Positions 57,781 to 64,000 of a DNA stretch of 64,000 nt are shown here, one piece after another. Every line of letters begins with the position of its first letter. Positions within the stretch are counted from its first letter, which is position 1. Below the pieces are notes generated by a model that had not been told where the DNA came from, searched no databases, and worked only from the letters and a program-made list of their open reading frames with translations. Position numbers and translations under genes: made by a program. The stretch comes from Candidatus Latescibacterota bacterium (GTDB lineage Bacteria > Latescibacterota > UBA2968 > UBA8231). The stretch lies in contig OZ242214.1 in assembly GCA_965206595.1 (NCBI GenBank), positions 3,488,001 through 3,552,000 on the forward strand, in the 5' to 3' direction.

Positions 57781-60771
57781 GTGAATCTTCTCCGCCTCAC
57801 CCTCTTTCTCTCATTCGCCGCATCCGGGTTCGCCGGGCTCATATACGAGTCGATCTGGAGCCGCTACCTCAAGCTGATCCTCGGGCACTCCGCCTATGCC
57901 CAGAGTCTCGTCATCGCCCTCTTCATGGGCGGCCTCTCCCTGGGCTCCTGGCTCGCGAGCCGGTACTCGGTCCGCTGGCGCAACCTGCTGCGCTGGTACG
58001 CCGCCGCCGAGGCGGTGATCGGCGTTCTGGGCCTGCTGTTCCAGCCCCTGTTCGAGGGGGTCTCCGGGCTGGCTTTCGGCACCCTCATGCCCGCCCTCGG
58101 CTCTCCCGGGGCGGTCGGGGCCCTGAAGCTGCTGCTGTCTGCCCTGCTCATCCTGCCCCCCTCGGTGCTCCTCGGAATGACCTTCCCGTTGATGAGCGCC
58201 GGCATCGTGCGCCTGCACCCGCGCCTCGCCGGCTCGTCGATCGCCACCCTCTACTTCGCCAACAGCATCGGCGCCGCCGGCGGCGTTCTCGCCAGCGGCT
58301 TCCTCCTGGTCGGGCGCTTCGGGCTTCCCGGCACCATCCTCGCCGCGGCGGTGCTCAACCTCCTGGTCGCCGCGGTCGTCTACGTCGCCGCGCGCGCGGC
58401 GCCGGGGCCGGGGTTCGCAAGCGGATCCCCCGCGGAGGGTGCGGGAAGGAATGGGGGGCCGGCGGTTCGCTACGACCTCATGCTCCTGGTGGCGGCGCTT
58501 ACCGGGCTGGCCTCCTTCATCTACGAGATCGGCTGGATTCGGATGCTCAGCCTCGTCCTCGGCAGCTCGACGCACTCGTTCGAGCTCATGCTGAGCGCCT
58601 TCATCGCCGGCCTCGCCTTCGGAGGCCTGTGGATCCGGCATCGCATCGACTCCATCTCCGACCCGGTGCACTTCCTGGCCGCGGTGCAGCTGGCGATGGG
58701 TCTTCTGGCGCTTGGCACTGTTCCCGTCTACGCCAACTGCTTCGAGCTGATGGGATGGATCATGAAGAGCCTGCCGCGAACGGAGCAGGGATACACCCTT
58801 TTCAACCTCGCCGGTCACGGGGTCGCCCTGCTCGTGATGTTCCCGGCCACCTTCTGCGCCGGCATGACACTGCCCCTGATAACACAGGCTCTGTTGAAAG
58901 GCGGTTCGGGCGAGAAAAGCATCGGGGCCGTGTACGCGGCCAACACCCTGGGCGCCATCGCCGGGGTCCTCCTGGCGACCCACCTCGGGATGCCCCTGCT
59001 GGGCCTGAAGGGCCTCGTTTCCGCGGGGGCGGCGGTCGACCTCGGTCTCGGAGTGGCGTTGTTGCACCTGTCGGCCGGAGCGGCCCGCAGGCTGCCGGCG
59101 GCGGCCGCGGTCGTCGGCCTCCTGGCCCTGGCCGCGGTCCTGGCAGGGGTCCGCCTCGATCCGCTGAAGATGGCTTCCGGGGTGTACCGCTACGGAGACC
59201 TCATCTCGGAGGAAAAGGCGCAGAACACCTTCCACAAGGACGGCAGGACCTCGAGTGTCGACCTGGTCCGCTACGCCTCGGGTGGCCTGGTCCTGTTCAC
59301 CAACGGCAAGGGGGAGGCGGCCATCAACCTCGGCGGCGTCGAACCCGAAAGGGACGAGATCACGATGGTCCTGTCCGCGGTGCTGCCGCTGGCTGCCCAC
59401 CCCGGGGCCAGGACCGCGGCCGTAATCGGCATGGGTTCGGGCCAGACGAGCCACGTGCTGCTCGGCAGCGAAAGTCTCGAACGCGTCGACACCATCGAGA
59501 TCGAGGCCGCGGTGATCGAGGCGGCGCGGCGCTTCGGGCCCCACGTCGAGCGCGTCTTCAGCGATCCTCGCAGCGCCATCTTCATCGACGACGCCAGGAG
59601 CTTCCTTTCCACCCACAACGCCCGCTACGACATCATCGTCGCCGAACCCTCGAACCCCTGGGTCAGCGGGGTATCGAGCCTGTTCTCGGCCGAGTTCTAC
59701 GAGCTCGCCGACCGCCATCTCGCCCCGGGCGGGATGCTGGCGCAATGGCTGCAGCTCTACGAAATCGATACCCGGCTCGTCGCCTCGGTGATGGGGGCGC
59801 TGGCCAGGACCTTCCCCGGATACGCGATCTACGCCACCGACGACGCCAACATGCTCATCCTGGCGCACCGGGGAAGCGGCTCCGAAACCCTGGATGAGCA
59901 GCTGTTCGGCCATCCCGGGATCGCCGCTGAGCTGAGACGCCACCGCATTCATTCCGTCGCGGACCTCGAGGTGCGCAGGATCGGCGGCCGCGGCGTTCTG
60001 CAGCCGCTCTTCGACTCGTACGGCTCGCCGCCGAACAGCGACTTCCACCCCTTTCTCGACCTGAACGCCGTGAGGTCGCGCTTCCTCGATCACAGCGCCA
60101 ACGCCCTTCTCGCCATCAGGACCGCGCCCGTGCCGGTGCTCGACATGCTGTCCTCGCCCGGCGGCGGCCGGGGATACCGTTCCTCTTCCCCGGAAGGAAC
60201 CTTTGCGGCCGGGACCGGACTGGCGATGCTGCAGGTGGTTCGCAACGCCCGTGCCATCCGCGACTACTTCGAGCAGCCGAACGCGGAGACCCTGCAGCTG
60301 CTCCCGCCTGAACTGCGCCGCGCCGCGCGGCTGTCGAGAGGGTTCCTCGAGGGATGCTCCCGGCCCGCGGATGCGCAGCAGTGGCTGCAGTCGCTGATCG
60401 GGATCGCCGCGGCGGTGAACCCGGCGCTCGACGATGGCCAGCGCCGGCGGTTCTGGAACCTCGTTGCCTCCTCGGAGTGCTGCCGATCCCTGCCGCAAGC
60501 GGGCAGGTCCTGGGTGTCGCTGTTCGCCGCGGTGGGCAGCCGCGACGCGCGCCGGATGGCCGATATCGGAGCCGAGGTGCTGCGGCGGTCCGGTGGGGCC
60601 CCGGCGAGCTGGCGCAGCTACGCCGTCGCCGCGGCCATGGCGGGCCATCTCGCCCTCCGGGAGAAGGGGAAGGCGGCGCAGCTGTGGGCTCGGTTCCATG
60701 GCGACCTGGGGGACCGGCCGGAGGCAGAGGCCCTGCTGCTACGCCTCCTGAGAGCGCACAGCGAAGGGTAG
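57781..60771 (+). CDS. fused MFS-like / spermidine synthase-like protein with C-terminal helical extension
   Basis: ASGFAGLIYESIWSR, LLGMTFP, YFANSIGA, IYEIGWIR, AVIGMGSG, DDAR, YDIIVAEPSNPW, LFSAEFY, AQWLQ. Confidence 0.88.
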   Translation: MNLLRLTLFLSFAASGFAGLIYESIWSRYLKLILGHSAYAQSLVIALFMGGLSLGSWLASRYSVRWRNLLRWYAAAEAVIGVLGLLFQPLFEGVSGLAFGTLMPALGSPGAVGALKLLLSALLILPPSVLLGMTFPLMSAGIVRLHPRLAGSSIATLYFANSIGAAGGVLASGFLLVGRFGLPGTILAAAVLNLLVAAVVYVAARAAPGPGFASGSPAEGAGRNGGPAVRYDLMLLVAALTGLASFIYEIGWIRMLSLVLGSSTHSFELMLSAFIAGLAFGGLWIRHRIDSISDPVHFLAAVQLAMGLLALGTVPVYANCFELMGWIMKSLPRTEQGYTLFNLAGHGVALLVMFPATFCAGMTLPLITQALLKGGSGEKSIGAVYAANTLGAIAGVLLATHLGMPLLGLKGLVSAGAAVDLGLGVALLHLSAGAARRLPAAAAVVGLLALAAVLAGVRLDPLKMASGVYRYGDLISEEKAQNTFHKDGRTSSVDLVRYASGGLVLFTNGKGEAAINLGGVEPERDEITMVLSAVLPLAAHPGARTAAVIGMGSGQTSHVLLGSESLERVDTIEIEAAVIEAARRFGPHVERVFSDPRSAIFIDDARSFLSTHNARYDIIVAEPSNPWVSGVSSLFSAEFYELADRHLAPGGMLAQWLQLYEIDTRLVASVMGALARTFPGYAIYATDDANMLILAHRGSGSETLDEQLFGHPGIAAELRRHRIHSVADLEVRRIGGRGVLQPLFDSYGSPPNSDFHPFLDLNAVRSRFLDHSANALLAIRTAPVPVLDMLSSPGGGRGYRSSSPEGTFAAGTGLAMLQVVRNARAIRDYFEQPNAETLQLLPPELRRAARLSRGFLEGCSRPADAQQWLQSLIGIAAAVNPALDDGQRRRFWNLVASSECCRSLPQAGRSWVSLFAAVGSRDARRMADIGAEVLRRSGGAPASWRSYAVAAAMAGHLALREKGKAAQLWARFHGDLGDRPEAEALLLRLLRAHSEG

Positions 60772-60882
60772 GAGGTAATTCCCCACTTGTACGGAGCCGG
60801 CCCCGGTCGCGCCAGCGGTTTTCCCGGACCATTGCAGCTTCCGCCTGTCTCTACAACTGCTTGGGACGGAAAAAACTCTCGA

Positions 60883-62562
60883 TCATGGCAACGGTTCTAC
60901 TGCGGAGAGACCGAGTTCATCGGCTTGCTTCTGTTCCAGAAATACCGCAGCGGTGTCGTCGGCATAGACGCACGTCCAGCCGGGTGTATTGTGTAACCCC
61001 TTGATTTCCGGACCCAGAAAATTCTTGTCCAGAATCACCACGGGCAGATTTCCCTCTTGGTCACGTAGCGGTTCCAGCCACCTTTTGATGCCTGATTGAA
61101 TCGCCATTTTTGTTCGGATGTATTGGCGATAGGTGTTAGTAGTGGCGACCTCCAGCCGGCCGTCCATGAATACCCTGCGCTCGGGAGAATTGTGAAAAAT
61201 GTAGACTGCAGCCTGACCCAGATGCGCTACGAATGCGCGCTTGGGAAAGCCCTCCTGTCCGGCGAACCGGGCGGCAGCATGAGCGTACCAATCGGGCATT
61301 TCTCCCAACCCGAATCGGGTTCCACCACTCAAACGTTGCCAGTGACCGCTGAAATTGGTGAAGATCAACGCGGCGAGAACCAGGGGAATCGATGCAGTGA
61401 GCCATCGGCGCCATGGTGAGGTCCCGACCTCCAACCCCGATGCAAGACCCGCGGCCGGACCGGTTGCAACCGGTGAAATTTGGTTTTTCCGCGTGGACCT
61501 GACGCGGAGAACGTCTCCCCAGTTCTGGCACTGGATGCATGCGGCCACAAGAGCAAAGACCGTAAGGTTGCGGGAGGCTTGCCACGCAAGCACCGAAAAA
61601 GCGGTGAAAAGGAGCATCCGCATTACGCTGAGACGCCCTTCCATGGCCAGCCAGATGAAACTTGCAACGACGACAACCCACAGCACCGCCGCCGATGCGA
61701 AATACAGGCTCCAACCATGATGGTGAATGGTATCGAGAGGACGCTGAAATTCGCCGATGTTCATGTAAAGCACCTGATCGACGGAGAATTTCTTGTACAG
61801 CTCCAGCGGAAATAGAGCTCCGTCGTTCAAGTACGGGTTGATCAGACACGCGACACCCACAAGCACCCCGACACAAGCCACCGTGATCCCCGATGGGGCC
61901 TCGGGGGCAGGCTCGACACCCCACCTCCCGCCGGCCAGACAGCGCACCAGTCGATCGACGCCGTATGCGGCCCCCAGGAGCAGCCCGAGCACGAACAGTC
62001 CTTGACAATTGGTCCAGACAACCTGCAGCGGTGGCAGCCACCACATCAGCCGGGGGGTGTGCTCGCCGCGGGACAGGATCCACAGCCACGTGGCCAGAAA
62101 CAGGAGGGACAGCATTTCGGGTCGTACCACTGCCCTGCCCGACAAGCAGATAATCGGCAAAATCCAGCCCGGTGCCGTTCCCCATGGCGATAGATGTCTG
62201 CGTGAGGCTGACCAACCGACAGCAACCGTTGCCAGCAGACAAAACGCCTTGGCCAGAACCAGAAGATTGACACCCCATCCGGGGGAAAGCCGTTCTCCAA
62301 GCGCGTAGATGCCTGCAGCCAGCAATTGAAATCCCCAATGCAGGTCGATCCAGGGTTGCCCCATGTCGGTGAACAAGAACCAATCGCTGAAAGGAACCTG
62401 GCCTCGTTCCCAGATCAGCTGACCTGTGCGCAGGTGCCACCATATGTCGGTGTTTTGCATCGGCCGCCAGCCGAGCAGAAACGCCCAGGTGAAGAGCAAC
62501 GGAACGCAAAGGCGTCCGTCCGAGTCGACGCGGAACACGGCAGCTGTCAGCTTTCCTGACAA
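60883..62562 (-). CDS. polytopic membrane protein, GT-C glycosyltransferase-like
   Basis: DIWWHLRTG, WIDLHWGFQ, RPEMLS, WTNCQG.F, LINPY, IGEF, VFMDGRLE. Codon usage less GC-biased than neighbours. 5' end uncertain next to IS remnant. Confidence 0.65.
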   Translation of the reverse strand: MSGKLTAAVFRVDSDGRLCVPLLFTWAFLLGWRPMQNTDIWWHLRTGQLIWERGQVPFSDWFLFTDMGQPWIDLHWGFQLLAAGIYALGERLSPGWGVNLLVLAKAFCLLATVAVGWSASRRHLSPWGTAPGWILPIICLSGRAVVRPEMLSLLFLATWLWILSRGEHTPRLMWWLPPLQVVWTNCQGLFVLGLLLGAAYGVDRLVRCLAGGRWGVEPAPEAPSGITVACVGVLVGVACLINPYLNDGALFPLELYKKFSVDQVLYMNIGEFQRPLDTIHHHGWSLYFASAAVLWVVVVASFIWLAMEGRLSVMRMLLFTAFSVLAWQASRNLTVFALVAACIQCQNWGDVLRVRSTRKNQISPVATGPAAGLASGLEVGTSPWRRWLTASIPLVLAALIFTNFSGHWQRLSGGTRFGLGEMPDWYAHAAARFAGQEGFPKRAFVAHLGQAAVYIFHNSPERRVFMDGRLEVATTNTYRQYIRTKMAIQSGIKRWLEPLRDQEGNLPVVILDKNFLGPEIKGLHNTPGWTCVYADDTAAVFLEQKQADELGLSAVEPLP

Positions 62563-62654
62563 TGTTTCATTCCGGTTTCGCTGGGGAGGAGATTGCTGCA
62601 CAGCTGCAGCAGGATTTGAGCCTCGGGTACATCATACAGTATAGTCCGGCAACA

Positions 62655-63350
62655 TGGTTTACAGTTTCCGGCGAACGGCTTCCAAGCGGGCTTCGACCTG
62701 GGTAACAAACCGATGGCGATCCAACAGCTCCCTTTCGAGCGTAGCGAAAAAAGCTCTCGCACAGGGCATTGCCGTAACAATCCCCGACCGGTCCCATCGA
62801 TGGGCGCACCCCGGCCTGGCGGCAGCGCATCGCGAAGGCCAGGGCCGTATACTGACTGCCGTGATCGGAGTGGTGAATCACCTTTTTGGAACGACGCTGG
62901 TGCCGGGCCATGTTGAGAGCGTCCAGCACTAGCTGCGTACGCAAATGAGTGGCCATGGCCCAGCCCACCACCCGGCGGCTCCAGGCGTCGACTATCACGC
63001 CCAGATACAAAACCCCCGACCCGGTGGGAATGTAGGCGACGGCGGCGACCCACAGCTCATTCGGGCCGGAGGCCGAAAACACCCGGTTGACCATGTCGGA
63101 AGCTACCCGGCCCTGCTGGCTACGGCAGGTCGTGGAGATCCTGCGCCGGCCGCAGACGCCGCGCACCCCGAGCTCAAGCATCGATCGAGCCACGCGCTTG
63201 CGGCCGACTGCTTGTCCTTCTTCGGCCAGTTCGGCCTGGATCCTCGGCGCCCCATAGATGCCCCGGGAGCGTTGGTGGATCTGCTCGACGCGCGCCTTGA
63301 GCACGGCATCCCCCCAGGCGCGAACCGACGGGGGGCGCTGCCAGCCAAGC
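62655..63350 (-). pseudogene. IS3-family transposase OrfB remnant (inactive)
   Basis: SRGIYGAPRI, GRKRVAR.M, DAWSRRVVGW, HHSDHGSQY, NALCESFF. First catalytic Asp replaced (LWVAAVAYI). Frameshifts, no OrfA, C-terminus missing. IR-like TGGTTTACAGTTTCCGGCGAACGG at 62655. Confidence 0.88.
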
Positions 63351-63669
63351 GAGATCTGTTACCCTCCACAGGACATCGTCCCCTCCTCTTGACACGGCTT
63401 CCTAACAATCGAAGTAATGTGCTGGATTCCCGCCGGCTTCCTCAGACACGGAATCCACCGTCTCTCGGACGGATCGCTTGTGACCGCCGGGATCTAACGC
63501 TACTTCGACAGGATCCGTTGGTCCCCATCCTTGCCGAGTTCAGGGTGGCGCCGGCCTCGGTTTTCAAAGCTGGAAAGGTGGCCGAGTGGGATATTCGATG
63601 AAATCACCACCGGGTCCAGAAGAAGACCATGGTGGAGATGCGCTTCATCCATACCGCCTAAAGGTGTAC

Positions 63670-64000
63670 GTGGCCCGCCTCCCGATCGCACTGTTCGCCT
63701 TCCTCGGTCTCGCCGGCGCCCTGGCGGCGCCGGCCGCCGTGGAAGGACGGCCGCGGATGCTGCGAGCCGGCGCCGTCGCCGACGCCCTGACCGCGGCGGC
63801 CGCAGGAGATTCAGTGCGCTTCGACAGCGCCCTGGTGCGAGGCCGCGTCTTCGCCGCCGCCGACACGATCAGGGGTAGAATCCTGTTTCGCGGGGTGCGG
63901 TTCCTCGGCGGCTTCGCGCTCGACGGGGTGGCGTTCTCGGGCCCGGTCCTGTTCGAGGACTGCGAGTTCCGACAGGGAGTTTCCTTTCTCGAGTCCAGGT
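63670..64000 (+). CDS. exported pentapeptide-repeat-like protein, 3'-partial
   Basis: GTG after AAAGGTG. Signal-like ARLPIALFAFLGLAGALAA, then periodic FRGVR FLGGF ALDGV AFSGP VLFED CEFRQ. Frame open to the window end, so absent from the ORF track. Confidence 0.6.
   Translation, partial: MARLPIALFAFLGLAGALAAPAAVEGRPRMLRAGAVADALTAAAAGDSVRFDSALVRGRVFAAADTIRGRILFRGVRFLGGFALDGVAFSGPVLFEDCEFRQGVSFLESR

Noticed and set aside
63400-63661. Possible gene remnant (VAEWDIR*NHHRVQKKTMVEMRF)
   Set aside because: Too short and interrupted to assign to any family.

Overview
High-GC bacterial window with no rRNA, tRNA or CRISPR array. The C-terminal motif SWGRIK and the paralogue families suggest Candidatus Latescibacterota or a related FCB-group lineage (inference). 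Positions 1-9.6 kb hold two DUF6785/DUF6784-like membrane proteins and small catabolic enzymes. Positions 9.9-62.6 kb form a cell-envelope locus built from a few repeated families: five secreted discoidin-like proteins with an FSPNGDGxND/FlgD-Ig C-terminal domain ending in Tyr, two decayed copies of that family, a tandem pair of large Asp/Asn-rich putative outer-membrane proteins, a parvulin chaperone, four CRTAC1/ASPIC-UnbV proteins, three TPR proteins, three MFS-spermidine-synthase-like fusions lacking the GGGDG Asp, an octaheme cytochrome c, a third DUF6785 protein and a GT-C-like membrane protein. Best candidate for an undescribed system: a T9SS type-B-like secretion and surface-display module whose cargo family shows signs of gene conversion and cassette-like decay. 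Two back-to-back IS630 elements share one TA and sit just upstream of a start codon, and a dead IS3 lies near the right end. All family calls come from motifs read by eye, not database searches.
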